Assembly (NCBI GenBank): GCA_046563655.1
Contig: CM102285.1
Location: 11,780,001 to 11,844,000 of the forward strand
Direction of reading: 5' to 3'
Length of the DNA: 64,000 nt
Origin: Yuukianura sp. NJ FZ-2021
Lineage: Eukaryota
The notes under the pieces were generated by a model that saw only the letters and a program-made list of their open reading frames with translations, was not told the DNA's origin and searched no databases. Shown here piece after piece: positions 26,601-40,700 of the stretch. The first letter of the stretch is position 1; each line of letters opens with the position of its first letter. The position numbers and the translations under genes are program-made.

Positions 26601-29600
26601 CCTTATTGTTTTACCCAGCTAAAATTTGGAATAAAAGGGACAATGGGATAAAAGAATTACGGAAGTGGTGAGAATTCACAATAGGAAAATTTTGAAAATT
26701 TGTAACCTGCCAAGAGCTGTACTCAAAACTACTTATTCGGAATAATCCCCAGGGCCCATTTTAGAATACAAAATGGTTTGAGGACGCCAGTTTAGCACAA
26801 ATTGAAACAATGGAATTGTTATTGGGTGTGGTGGCAAAGGGAGAGTGAAAAATTTTTTGTGCGGGAAAATTGGCATATTAGGCGAAAACCTAATTCTGTT
26901 AGCGCGGAGTGAAAATGTGAAGCTTTCGTGGTTTCACACGAATTTTGAGAAAAAAAAAAGTGAAAAACTGTCGCATGTGTTTTGGCTTGACTAAAATGGG
27001 AGACATGGGACTTAAGTCCCATGCCTGCAAATTTCTAAACTGTTTCAAAGAAATTTGGGTCAGGTTGTTTTTTAAATTTTGAAAAAACTTGGAAAAGGAA
27101 AACTTTTTTGGAAGGATAACTTTGAAGTACTAGCAAGAAAAAGAATGGAATGCAGAGGTGAATTTTCTAAAAGCACTTTTAAGAAACAAAAAAGATACAG
27201 TTTAGAGAAAGTTTTTGAATTGCCAACACTGAAGAGGAAAAATGTGTTCGTTCAAACAAATTTCCGTAGTTTCAGATGCCTTATTTTTTGAAAAAAGTTT
27301 CTCTTCTGTCAGGAACCTTCAAGTAGAATATTGTGTTCCGTAGTTTCTAAAATTTTATAACCCATATTTTCCGCCGCTACTCGCGTACCAAATTTTTATG
27401 AAACCTGAAGTTATGTTTTTGTGTATTCATCTTCCTCAAATTGAGTTTCATCAAAGTTAAGTCAGAAAAAGTAAGAAAAATGCATAGGAAAAGGTATAAA
27501 ATTTCACAAAAGTTTGGGAAAAGAGAGTTGATTAATTTAGACAAGAAATTCAAACAAAAACAAAGTTGACGATGATAAATTTTTTTTAAAAAATGACAAA
27601 CTTGAAATTTTGATGGTCAAAGTCAATGATTTTCAAAATTTGGAAGGCACTTGTAATTGAAGAAAGTTTAGCATATATACATTCGATGTTTCACCAGTTA
27701 AGAAGTTCTGAGGAGCTGAAAGTCAAAAGTTGCTTTTTAAATTCTTGGTACTTTCACTTTTTTTTAATTTTGCAATTTTACATAATACTAACTGAGTGTT
27801 ACATAATTTTTAAAATGACTAAAATGATTTACGACAATTTTTGCCGCAAAGATGGAATTCGTGAGGCGGTTGGAAGGCTTTATGTTTCTGTTTTTTTTTT
27901 AGAATTTCGAAAATTTGTAGCTTTAAAAAGAAAATTTGAAAACAAACGTTGTGTTTTCAATCTGGTTAATGGGTGTTTGGTTTGCAGTGTTGGGATGAAG
28001 AGTTGAATTAGGTAGGTTTCCGTGTCTTGATGTGATGCACCTGATGTTCCGCGACTGTTTCAGTTGGAGTAGTACACTGGACTTGTTTACATTCCCATGC
28101 AATATATAAATGTCAATGTCTCCATTGTATCCTCTGTAACGAGTAGAGATACACTAAGTTCTAAAATTTCTAGAAGAAAGTTTTTCTTTTTTTCGAAATC
28201 CAAAACACAGTTCACAGAGTCTACCAGCACACCTCCCACCTACTTTCACTTTGACAGAGATGTAGTGTCACTAGCAGGTGCAGAAGAGGATTGATTCACT
28301 TTTACAAATTAAGAAAAAAGTAAAGTCTTTTCTCAGTTTCAGTACAGTACTACCTAAGGTACTATCATTAACTTAGAAATTGTGAGAAAACTGCCCACAT
28401 TACTTAAAAGACGACCCTATTCCCTTGCACCATAAAACCAATTCGTCACTCTTGTTGATTACTTTGTACGCTTTCAAATTATTTTTTGGTAAAAGTGTGG
28501 TCGTTTGAGTAGGAGAAAGTTTGGGTTTTTGTGGTTACTGTGGACGTGGAAGTTCACTTTCTGAGCACGAGCAAGAAAAAGTGCAGAAATCCCATAAATC
28601 AAGTTGTTGAAATTGAAAGTGTGACCAGGGTGACAAGGGACTTGGACGTCCCTGTGACCTCAAAGTGTAGGATTGGAAAAGAGACTTCAATGTTTGAATT
28701 ATTCAAAATCCTAATGACGCACCTTAGCAATTCCACAAGTCGTGTTTATTCCCTATTGGATTTCCTGCAAGGCAGACACAAATTGTCTCTTCCCTTTGCT
28801 ACTCCTTTCATTTGAAATAATAAATGTCTATACTTAGCTAACGCGAAATTTTTGTGCAATTTGGAAATTCGGACTAAAACAAATTTTGCATTTTAAACCA
28901 CTTTATCTTTATTTATCTATCGAAAATTGCACTTCAATAATTTGTTGCTCGTCAGTTTCTTTTTCATAAGGCGTACATTTTACATTCTACTGCCTTTACA
29001 TATTAGTTTAGGATTTGCAATTGCAACTTTGGTCATTTTGTGTAAGAAATTGTCGAATTTTGATTTTTTTTTCCATAGCAAAACGTGTGCACATCTTTTA
29101 ATGAAAGTGTTCGTTATTGAGCTTATGACTGCCGTTGGTTTTTGTGAACGGAGGGAAAGTTAGACATTCTTAAAAAATCGGACAGAAAAAAAAAGTTTAA
29201 CAAACGGAGTAACTTTTGTGAAGTTTGAATTTATTGATATTGATGTGGAAGTTGCTGTTCTGGGAAGCTTCGAAATGGGAAGTTAATGACTAGAAAATGG
29301 GGAGAAAGTGCGTTAGAAGGCTAAAAAAAGAAGCCGTCTCTTGACAAAATGTCAGAAGCCACAGGTTCTTACTGGCAGGCGGCGGTGAAAGTCGCTCTAT
29401 AGTTAGTTGGCAGCTAGAAAGTTCTTACTTCATAGTACTAAAGTTAGGGGATCTTCTAGTTTTGAGAACTAAGCCGAAACGAGTTAGGTCTGTCGTCGTA
29501 TCGTTTCGTAGCAGACTTTAGCTCTTCCCAAGTTCTTTTCTATTCAAAATGTGTAGCACTGCTTCACTTTTAGATGGTGATGTGCTAGCTCGTAGGTTTC

Positions 29601-31694
29601 TTTAGAAAAGAGCTCTTTTCCTAACAAAGGCATCCACGTCCACAATGAAGGATGATAGGGATTAAATGTGAAGGATTATTTCACGACCTAATGGAAATGG
29701 AGAGACTTGGATTTTAGGACAGAGAATGGAGAAAAGCTTATTTCTTCTCTCCAAAGTCCTAAGAATTCAGAACACTAGTTATAGCATTAGTTAGGCAACC
29801 TAACCTAGTTTTAGGCAAGCACAGTTTACTAAATGAGAGGTGAAAGGTGCATGTCCTTCTGTCTTTTGAGCTAATCTCTCGAGAATCCACCGCTCCCGCC
29901 ATTTTCTTTCCTTTCTTGACATTAACCTCACCAAAAATTAGATTTCTATTTTAGAATCTTAAACAGAGCACTGAGCTTCCTGGATGGAAAGCTTCGTGTT
30001 TCGTGGAAAGTTTCGTGTCTAAAATTTTGGAGTAAAAAGAAAGCAAGGCAAAGGGAAGAAAATTAAGTCAGTTTTTGTCTTTTTTTCGCAGTATTTTTGA
30101 AAATATGCTTATTTTTATTTTAATATTTCAATTAGACTTACACTGGATATGCCCCTGGAGAGGTTCTGTTGAAAGGGAAAGCGACAGCGAAAGTGAAATG
30201 GATCACTCCAGTTGCTCTCTCGCTTTTGCATCTCAGCAGGATCTCTTCATTTTCTCTGCCGTGACTTTTCCTTTGAAAATGTGGAGCTTAAATTATTACC
30301 GTCGTCATCTTATGTCAGATGAAATAAGTTTCTGAAGGGCTAAGCGCTCAAATTCGAACTGACTTTGAAAAATAAATTATTTTTGGACTCGCATGAGGAT
30401 CGGAGGAGGAATGAAGTCGCGCTGAATCTAAATTAAAATTTTGAAAATGAAGAGGCAGCGCGTCAGATTATTGGAATGCACGGAAGAGAAAGCAGAGTAG
30501 TTCGTAAGCTTTCTTGTCATCTTAAGCCACATGCTCCGTTCATAATAAAGGAGAATGACAATTTCCGGGATTAATCTCTTTTCCAACTGATCCGAGACTC
30601 GGAAATTTCTGAACTTCTGAAACTTCCAAAAACTTGGCACGTTTTCCGTTATTTATTGCAATTGTTCAAGGATTTGCATCAAAGGAAAAACTTTGGGTCA
30701 TACATAACGTAACGTCTAACATAACGTTAGAATTGTTTGAAATTCTGCAAGTCAGAGAACTTTCTCTTGGGGTCAAAGGTCATTCCGCTTTAATTCTCTA
30801 TAAAGCAAAGGTTGGAATTCTTTTTCGAATGTGTTTGACCTCCTTGTTTTTGAAATTATCGTTTGTAGGATTAGGAAGTTTCCTTAACCGTAAAAAATGT
30901 GTTTTTCGATCGTTGCTGTAGAGTGGGCGGCGGTCAGTGCTTGAGGCGTTGATAAATTTTGCAACAAGGCAGTTTCTCTTCCTTTATTTCCCCCTTGGTA
31001 ATTCTCGTACACTTTCTCCAATTGTGGAGTGTCGAAAGAAGCTGAATGGTGATGGGAGAGTCTGCAGGGTCGTCATTACCCCATTTTACCATCAACCTAG
31101 CCTTAGCTAACCTAACCAACGTAGTCTGTAGTACAACAGGTTGTATTAGAACCCAAGGAAATCCTTGTCTCTTTTCTTCTTCCTCCGCACTTTGTTGAGA
31201 TTTATAAACTGACTTGAGTGTAGCTTGGTGGACCAGAAGAGCGTTTTTGTTAGAACGCGTCTCTGCAAGGAGAGCAAGAGAACAACTTCGTCAGTGAGAA
31301 TTACTTTCCCGCCAAGCGAACCCTTTACAACATAAATATTATCGTAAATTCTGCCCTTAAGATCTGTCTCTGTAGTACATAAATTCCACTTTTGTGGCTT
31401 TCTAAAAGAAAACAAACGGCACAGAGAAAGCTGGACCTGTAGCGATGTGCGGTGTGTTATTTTCAAAAAAATTAAGCAAGCGTACGCTTTGTTTCCATGT
31501 TTTCCAAGCTCCTTCATTTGGAAAGTAGAACAAGAAGTGGAGTTTGGTTGTTCTGAACAAAAGCTAAACTAAATTCCGAAATTTTAAATCAAATGGGTAG
31601 TAGATCATCATCACGAAGCGGAGAAAGTGATGGGTGTAGCTTAAAAAGCAAAATTAGGCAAAGGAGAATCAAAAGAGTACGAAAGAGTAGGCAA

Positions 31695-31735
<41 letters not shown>

Positions 31736-34700
31736 GTTTAGAGTATATATTGAGAAAAGTTAGAGGTAAAAAATTTCGTCCAATCCTTTCCCCGGGGGAA
31801 GAGTGCCAAGGATTGATGCGGAGTTGCCACGTTGAATGGCGATTAATTAAGGCAACATTCGTTTTTATTAGATGTACAATCTATATCTTTCGAAATGATA
31901 TGCGCAGTGGTAAAAGATTAAATTTTCGAAATTTCGAAACTTTTTTTTGAAGAATCGTTTGTGACAAGACTAATAAGATCAAATGTTCTACGTGCGTTAG
32001 TTATGTCCCATTGTGTTTAGAATTCTGAGGGTGACAGTGAAAGTTTACGACAAGGATTGGGTCATTAGCGAAAGCACAGAAGAAAGTGGAATGAAAAAAC
32101 GTTTGTTTTTTTCTTGAAAACTTTTGGCAAAAGCTCCTACTGAATCCCTGACACGAATCAGTCTTGGTTGACTTTCTAAGAAAAAAAAGTTCCAGGAAAG
32201 TCAGCTATGACATATTAAAAGTTTTTTCGGGGGTTTGGTGGGAGTATAACTATTATTGTATGTTTTGAAAACCGCGAGAAGAAAGAAAGGAGAGCCCTTT
32301 GTTGTCCAGATTTCCTTTCTAATCCTACCAATTCCACGAATCATTAAGTCATTTCTCTCCCAAAGTGCTAAAGGTTTCCCTCGGAATAGACTTCCTCTGG
32401 ACAAAAATAGAACTTCCGATATTGTACGGACATGTTTTTTATATTTTCGAAAAAAAAAAATGAGGCTTGAGTCAGGATTAAAGTGCTTTCGATGCTTTTC
32501 CCGGAGAAAATGGAGCTTGAAGTTGAACTTTTTCTCGTGACGACTTCTCAGCGGCAAATCCCAGTAGCCAAAAACTTGTTTTTACTTTTTGGAAATTTTT
32601 TACTCCTACTGAATTCTTATTTTGGTATGAATGGAACTTTCTTACTTGACGTCATTCCTTTAGTGTTGACTGCCATTACCTAACCATTGTTAAGGAAATG
32701 TCTACTCGTGCGTTGATCAAAATACTTACTTGGAATTCTCCTTTGACATCATTCGGAGCACTTTCATCTTCCAAAGTGGAAAGTACGTCGGAACGTGTTG
32801 ATGTTTATTGTCCAGTCCTTACCTAACTTTTCATACTTATTTTATTTACGAGTCACGACCAAACAGACAACATGGCGTGAAGAGTTTGGCAAATGGTAGA
32901 AAACGCTTTTCGCAAGTACATTTTCAAAAAATGTTTTATTTTTTGAAAACTTCAATTTTATCAGCATTAATGAAAAAGTCAATCTTTTAGAGTTTATACA
33001 AAGCAGAGGCAGAGGGATTTCAAAACGACAAAAATTTCGAAATACGACTTTCGTCTTTTGTTTTTAAGCCAAAAAAGCAGACAAAATCAAAATCCGTTTT
33101 TGTGGAAATCCGCTTTTCTAGAAAATGTGGAGGAAAGAGAATTGAGTAAATTAAGCTGTAGAACCAGGAGTTTTTAAAGTTTTAAATCCAATTTTCGTCT
33201 AGAAGGAAAAAGTTTGAAATTTTAGGTAGGAAAAGTAAAAGAAAATTTCGGTTTTTTTTCTATCTACCCACACAACCAAAAAACTGACAATTGAATTATC
33301 TTGGAGGAAAAGTGGAAGCGAGTAAGGCGTGGCTGTTAGAATTTTTTATTGTTTTCGCCCGTTTTTTCTGTTGTTTGTTTAGTTTTTTTTTTTGAGTATC
33401 GTGTTGTTCCGCGTGGGAATTGGATTGATTTATGCCATTGTCATCCACATTCATTACTGGTGAAAGTGGTACGAAGGCAGTAGTGGTAACAATGGGGTAA
33501 CTTTTTCTTTGCTGTGACATTGGATGGAAGAGGCTCATTTATTATTTCGTTGTCGAATGCCAACGGAGGTGAAAGTTACTTTTCCAGAACTCCAGCCGTT
33601 TCCTACTTAGCATTTGCGGTTCCGTGAGTTATGGTGGATGTCTTGATGGCTTTTCGCGGTGTCAAGGACCCATCAACTCTAACAAACTAGGAATCACACC
33701 CACACTTCCTGCATATACAACTTCTAGAACGTATTTTCTAAAAGAAAAAATATAAGTTAGAAATCGGTAGATTTTAGCGTGAAAACTTTGAGAGAACTTT
33801 ACGCTAATCCGCACCAGGTTACATAATGCACACTAGCTAGAAAATACTAATGTCGGCTTTTGGCTTTGCATTTGTAGATTTCATGGCGATGTAGCGTATG
33901 TCGCCGACGTGGAGTTGCGATTATAGCTCGCCGCGTTCAGCCAGGAATTGAGCAATCTGAAGCCCTGGAAGGCGTCGGTTTTGAAACAACAGTTCGCAAG
34001 TCTCCGGATGCCCGAAGGCTAGCGGCTGGAGGTCGAGCCGATTCGGAAACCGAAGTTTTGCTGTTAGCTCCGAAGGCTTCCGACGTCCGGCGACATTCCG
34101 ACGTTCCCCTGCGTGATATTGCCAAGTTTCAGGCTCAAGCGATTTCAGCTGCAACGTCACAACATGACCTCGGTAACTCTTTGACAGTCGGCGGTGGAGG
34201 GGAAAAAGCCAAGGCTCGAAGTAGTAACGAACTTATGAAAAAGGAAACAGACAATTCCAATGTTCCAACAATTACGAAAGACCAATTACTTTCTAATAAG
34301 TCCGGACATGGTGGTGGAGGTGACAGTACGACGAAAAGTGATAAAGTATCTAGTCGGACCAAGCAAGGTCAAGTCAAACGTCAACGTTCTTATGAGCGTG
34401 GTGCTAGTGAAGGAACTCTGAATCTTCCAGGGAATAATCGGGGGCGAAGAGCCTCCTGTGATCTCCGTTCCATTGACCCAAATGCCCTCAATCTAAATAA
34501 TAATACAATTCCAAGTTCACTCATTTCATCTGGATCTACAACACCTTCATCAGAGAAACACAACCACCATGAAGGTAGACACGGTCGAAGTGCGGACGAC
34601 AAGCAGCAACATGGTTCTTCGAAGCACCATTCTTCTCATCATGCCAATCCCAGCTCCAACGCATCTTCCAGTGGGCGTAGTTCTGCTCAGCAGCAACAGG

Positions 34701-37700
34701 AACCGAGTGGTGGCGGAAGTGGAGGCGCCAAAAATGTCACCAGTGGGAACACGGAAGCTTCCAATTTGGGCATTACAAAGAATGACATGCGACGTCGATC
34801 AGTACAAATGTAAGCACAAAACCATTTACGACTTGGTCTTTTGTAGTTACTTTATAGCCTGAGGTCAAATGCCGACAACAGCTTTCTCCACTTTCACCAT
34901 TGGCTTTAGCCATCCATTCTATTTCTTATCTCTTTCCCGCCAAAAACAGAAATAGAGGCTAAAGCATATGTGGAGATGACATTCCTTCCGGCATGTCCCA
35001 CTCCAAAATGCTTTTTGTTTCTTCGATTGACATTCGACATTGTGTCTGAAAATGTCTGTTTGTCGAGAGCACAAGATAAAAGGGAAAATGACATTCCCGG
35101 AAATCGGAATCGTAAATTGACATCTGAGATGGAATTGATACGACTGCATAAAGAACAGAACAGACATGTTTAAGGGCTACACAACATCAATCGAAAATGC
35201 TATAAAAGTTTTTCAGGCAATATACGTAGTTGTAAAACCAATAAATTGGTAAGATAGAAATGATTTCTAAAGTTTTTTTTTCTTAAACAAAAAATCGAAA
35301 CGACACAAAAATCTACTTTGCCATTTTTGAATTTCTCATGTTTTATACTAGGAATAGGTTTTGAAACTATCCATTTTTCGAAAATTCCATATCAAATTTT
35401 TTTATTTAGAATTTTGCTGGCGTTTGCTGAGCGAACGGTTGTGTTTTTTCAGCTGAACAGAAAACGAAACCAAATTTTTCAGTTTGGAGTAACCCAAAAG
35501 CAAACAGAATTTTCGGGTTTTTTAATTAATATTATCATAATTTTATGACTAATCGAATGATCATGCCTTAACGGTTCCGTGGTCAAAGGGTTAACACTTT
35601 GACCACGGAACCGTTAAGACATGTAAATTTTTAGAAAATGAAGCTGTGAACCACATCTAACTCTCATTTCTCCCCAAATGTTATGCATATCCTCTCTGAA
35701 CTGTTGAATATTCATGATTTCTGGAATCCTGGAGAAAGTTGTGCAGGAATTAGAAAGATTTTGAGACTAGATGAATCTCTCTAGATGGAAACTAAATCTA
35801 AATGGTTTCAGGTTTTGAATTTTAGAACAAGAGGAGTTTCCTTAAGGAATTTGAAGGTTTAGATTTTAATGAAAAGTTATTGAGACGTCTACATTGAATC
35901 CCTTGCGTTCCTTTGTGTCATCACTTTTACTTAACTTTCTCTTGTCAATTTCTCATCACATGAACAGAATTCATAATTTCCAACTCAAGACGTGTAATTC
36001 TTATTCCGTCTTCATTTGGAACTTGCTTGAAATGAAGATTTCTCTTCCTTTTTTGTAAACAAATTTTCTACGCTTCACGCTCCAAATTTTTGTTTCAAAG
36101 AAAACTCAAAAAAACAAATTGCGTCATGTCTATACTTTCTTTTCCTTTGAAGATTCCGTATTTGTCAGCACAAAAACTTTTAAAACAAAAACGACAGCGT
36201 TATATGCTGATTTCAGACTGTTTAAAATTAACTTTCTCTTTCTTCGATTTGCCCCAATTTCTCCATCGTTTTGATCGCTACGATTCTTCTTTGAGTGTTG
36301 TCGTTTTTCATATTTTTGATTTGAGGAATTTTGGGGGGTAGAATTGTTTTTTGATGAAATTGAAAAAATCTTGTTTTCAACAAATAATAGCAAATTTTTT
36401 TTGTTCTAGAACAAACACATCTTCAAAACCCGCAACTGCTCCACGGTCTTGTACCTCCCTTGATGCATCTGAAGCTCCAGACCCCAAGAAGCCCTTTGAA
36501 CCCCCCGTCATCAAACGACAGGGCTCCTCTGCAGACGGAGAAGCCATCAAAATTGTTATAGATGACGTGGACTCCAATACAACCAAAGACAATAATAAAG
36601 GTCAAACGGTGACCGAGGGGTCATCTGAACTCAGAACTAAAGTAGTACGACTCAGAAGGGATCCACAAGACAGAGGGTACCAGAGTAAGTATGACCATAA
36701 ATTTTCAGTGTCAAGTTGTCTGAATTTTCAATTTCAAGTTTTCTTATACCAATTTTGCATTTTTAGCTCGTGGATTTGGAATCCGGGTAGTCGGAGGTTG
36801 CAGTTCAAGTCAAAGTCCAGGTCACCTAAGAGCCCGCGTCGCTCGAGTGACACCTGGAAGTGGCGCTGACTTTGCAGGAGTTCGAAGGGGGGATGTCGTT
36901 TTGTCATGGAATGGAATCAGACTCACAAATCTGACTTTTGAAGACACTTGTAAAGTCATGGACGCCTCAGGAGACTCAGTCGAACTCACAATTGCGTCAT
37001 ACGACAAGTAAGTTTTCACTTTTACAGTTTTTGGAGTTTTGGACTTTCACTTTCTTCAGGTTTATGCTAACTTACGTACAAATTTAGCCATAAAGTCTTC
37101 TGTTTTTACACTTTTTACCCCATATGGTGCGAGAACAAAAGTGAAAGTAACTTCCTACTGCATCCAATTTCAGGGAAACCGCTACTGCTCGGTTTAATTC
37201 AATCCTATTAGACCCTATAATGGAAAACTCTGACATTTTATTGACCAAAAGTTGGAACAAAGTTTTGAGAGAAAGTTGCGTTATATTTTTGCATATTCTG
37301 AAAAGAAAGAGGAAGCGACCCCACAACCGCCCTTTTCTAATGGACCCCTTTAACGTCTTTTATCAACTGAAACTTTTCCATTTTCCTTGGTGTGCCATTT
37401 TGAGGTTGGTGGAGCCTGTTAATAAAGTTTTAAGCCCTAGGAGCGTTAATGTAAGAGAATTAGAATGTTAAATCCTTCCGCAGTTTTCCATTTCATGGGA
37501 AGGAAAAGTGCCAAGGAAAATAAGCATGCAGAAAATCATGGTTCAAAACTAAATGAATTTTCTCCAAAACTCTTTGCCCACTACTACTCTTTTGCATAAT
37601 GGGTCTTTTCCTTGAGTTTTCGCGTTTTCCTGCCAAATTTTTGCCAAAACCTCATCAACTTATTTTCTAAAAGTTGCTAAAGGAAAACCTGTACTTGGAA

Positions 37701-40700
37701 ATGAACGTTGATCTAAAATTCTGTTGAAACAGAAAACTTGGCCAAAAGTTTATACGCGCCATTTCAGTTTTTGAACGGATTTCAAAACAACTTTCTCCTT
37801 CTAGTTTTCCATCCAATGCCCGAATGAACATAGGAAAGAAAGTGCTGGAGGCGTCGGTGCCTAAATTAGAAATTATGAAAGATATCAACTAGTTTTAGGA
37901 AGAAAAAATGAAAAATTACGAATGTTCTGGTTGCTTTTATGACTTTCTCCTTTGTCTGATTATTCTTATTTCTAATTTGTAGCGTTCTTTTGTTTCAATT
38001 GTAACTTTTCTACGCGCACAAGGAACAAGTGGTTGCTTTAAGGGAAGAGAAAGTGGAGCTTTCTGAGAAGAAATTAATGAGAATCAGATTCAATGGATTC
38101 TTGAATTAAATTGAAACTGAAACTAAAGAAGTGAACCATGCTAATGAAGTCGTCTCACATTTCTATTCTCGTGCCTGTTTCTGATAGCCTTAACATTGTC
38201 CTTTCTAACGTAGGTTTCGTTTTCTTGTTCTTTTGTAGCGATGCTTTGATGTCTTCGGCTGTTCCTGAAAACGAAGCGACGACTTCAAATGACTGGGAGG
38301 AAACAACCGGCCCGACGTCAACGGAAGGAGATTCATTAGGACTCAATCCAGGTACAGTTTTTCAGGTTCCAACTTTCTCCGAAAAAAAAATCATTGGGAA
38401 AACCCACTTTAATTACTGAACCAGTTTGCTCAATTTTTCAACTTTCACCGACACAAAAGCAGATTTTTCGCTCAAAATAATGACAATTTTCAATTTATAG
38501 TTTAAATTCATGTATCATGTACCTAGAATTTAAATTTTATTTGAAATTCCTGCGTTAGAAAACTTTCAGGAAAGAGCTGAAACATTTCAACTTCAGATTA
38601 TGAAATTTGAGCTTTTTTTGAATTTGTTGTTTTTGAATTTTATGTAATAGCCGACAGAGCAGAGAGTGGAGCGGGATGCCCTACATCGCCCACGAGTCGT
38701 CGAAGATTACCTCGTCTTCCAGTAAGTCACATTACGAGTTAAGAGCTTTTCTGTGACTTTCTTAGAAAGCTAAAGAAATTGAATGAAAGGCTCCCTTAGG
38801 AATAGGATTACCCACCAAAAACTAAGTTTAAGAAGTTACTTTTTCATTGAAACAACTCATATTCCATTCCCTGCGTTCTTATGATTATCCAAAGAACCAG
38901 AGGACTTTGAATAGCCTTAATAGGCAGTAGCGGGTGGATAGTTTTCTGAAAAAGTGGACGAATGGAAATGGTCAGTGAAAGTTAAGAAGCTTATTCCCTC
39001 GTTCCCTGATTAAATTGAATTCAAACCCGTACTGAGAAGAAACGACCCTCATATTCAGTTTGTACCATTGAGAAGTTGTCAAAAATAGAAAAAATTGTAA
39101 TAGGATTTGGAAGATGACAAGAGAAAGATATTATGCGACCAGCAGGATCAGTTTCACATCTTTAGATTTTTCGAAAACTTTCTCCATTCATTCCATTTTT
39201 GTCCTTTGAATGTAATTTTAGAGTCCCTTTTTACAGATTTCAGAATCTGGAGGCTGGAAATTTTCCAAACGCTTTCTCTTTCTCTCTTTTTTTTTCTTTT
39301 TGAAGTGCAGATTTAATGAATTCTTTGAATTTTACAGGGAGAAGGAAGGATCCAACTCCGCCTGTTCAATGATGAGATTCACAATACTTTGGAAATTGCT
39401 GTTGTGAACATTGCTTTTGGGCAGGAGGACAGTTCAACTCTTGACCTCAACGACATTATTATCACGCTCCGCATGTAAGTCCTCCGGAACTTTCCAATTA
39501 ATAACAGCAAGAAGTTGCTGAGGTTCTTTTTTGTTGGGTTAGTTGACCACACTTTCTTTTTGTTGCGTTCTTTCAGTGGTGAAAAAGTTGCAACGACTCG
39601 CTGGAATCAGTGCACGCTCTTTACGAAAGTGAGTCCAGAGGATCTCTTTGACTCTTGGCTCATTATGGAACTGCAGCGTGGTCCAGACTTTTTGGGCGAG
39701 TGTCACGTCGACATGGGGCGGGTTTCTCTGGACGATCGGCCTGTTTGGTTCCCATTCTCCAGCAAAGGGTCCTCTACCCACCGTGGATCCATTTCACAAA
39801 TAATGAACAGTGCTCCAGGAAGTACAACGCCGAGTGCAAGGGAACTTGCTAGGAGGCTACGAATGCGAATGGCAGCTGGGTCACAGTCACAGTCTGGTAA
39901 GGCTATTCTGCACCAAACACTTTGTATTAGAGTAATTGATTAATTATGGAAAGTCCTTTACTGTACTTTTGGCTTTGCATGTGATGAGGCCATTTGTATA
40001 GACTTAAGTTGGAGAAAGTGGGAGTGTTCGATGGTTCCAACAGGACGTCCCAGGCTCACTCTACTTAATTACTATACCTTAATTCTCATTGGCTTGGCAT
40101 AAGTTATGTTATGGTTAGACTAGTTTTGCTTAAACTTCTTCTCAACTTGGCTTCTAGTTTTTGAACCTTCAAATTTATATTCCTGGTTAGAGAAAGCGAA
40201 TGAACTGAAGTGCAACATAAGCTAGGGCGATAGAAAAACAAAGCTAAAAAGCTGAAATGCAAAAAGTCAATTTCAAGCTGAATTTGACCAGAAAATTTGT
40301 TTTTTCTTTTATTTAAAAATTTGTTGTGTGTCTAACTTTGCACCTTTTGTTTCAGAAGAGCAAGACGACAGTAGTGGGCAGAGTAGTCCTTGTGCCTCGT
40401 CCCTCCTGCGTCCCGAAGTGGCTTGGGAAGTGCTGGGAACCCTTGGACCGCCTGGAGTGGTTCTCACATGTCGTTCAGCCCCTACTTCACGCCGCGGCAG
40501 TGCTCAGTCTGATCGTGTCGCCATTGGTACTGATGACATGCAGAATGAACGCGGAAGTCTTCCCTCCACACCGCAAATGCCTCGGTCTCTTCCACCGTCT
40601 CGGAGGGGCTCCTTTGCTGTGGCCGTTGAAGAAATCATCAACCGCAGTAGACGCAGTACGTGTCACTTTCACTAACCTTAACCTAACCCAAAGCCTCTTC

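Noticed and set aside
31697..31732. Poly(T) as a retroposon tail
   Set aside because: No TSD or recognisable SINE/LINE or retrocopy body adjacent.
34058..34813. 251-aa ORF as a standalone gene
   Set aside because: It is part of Fife exon 33878-34809; its stop lies within the GTAAGC donor.
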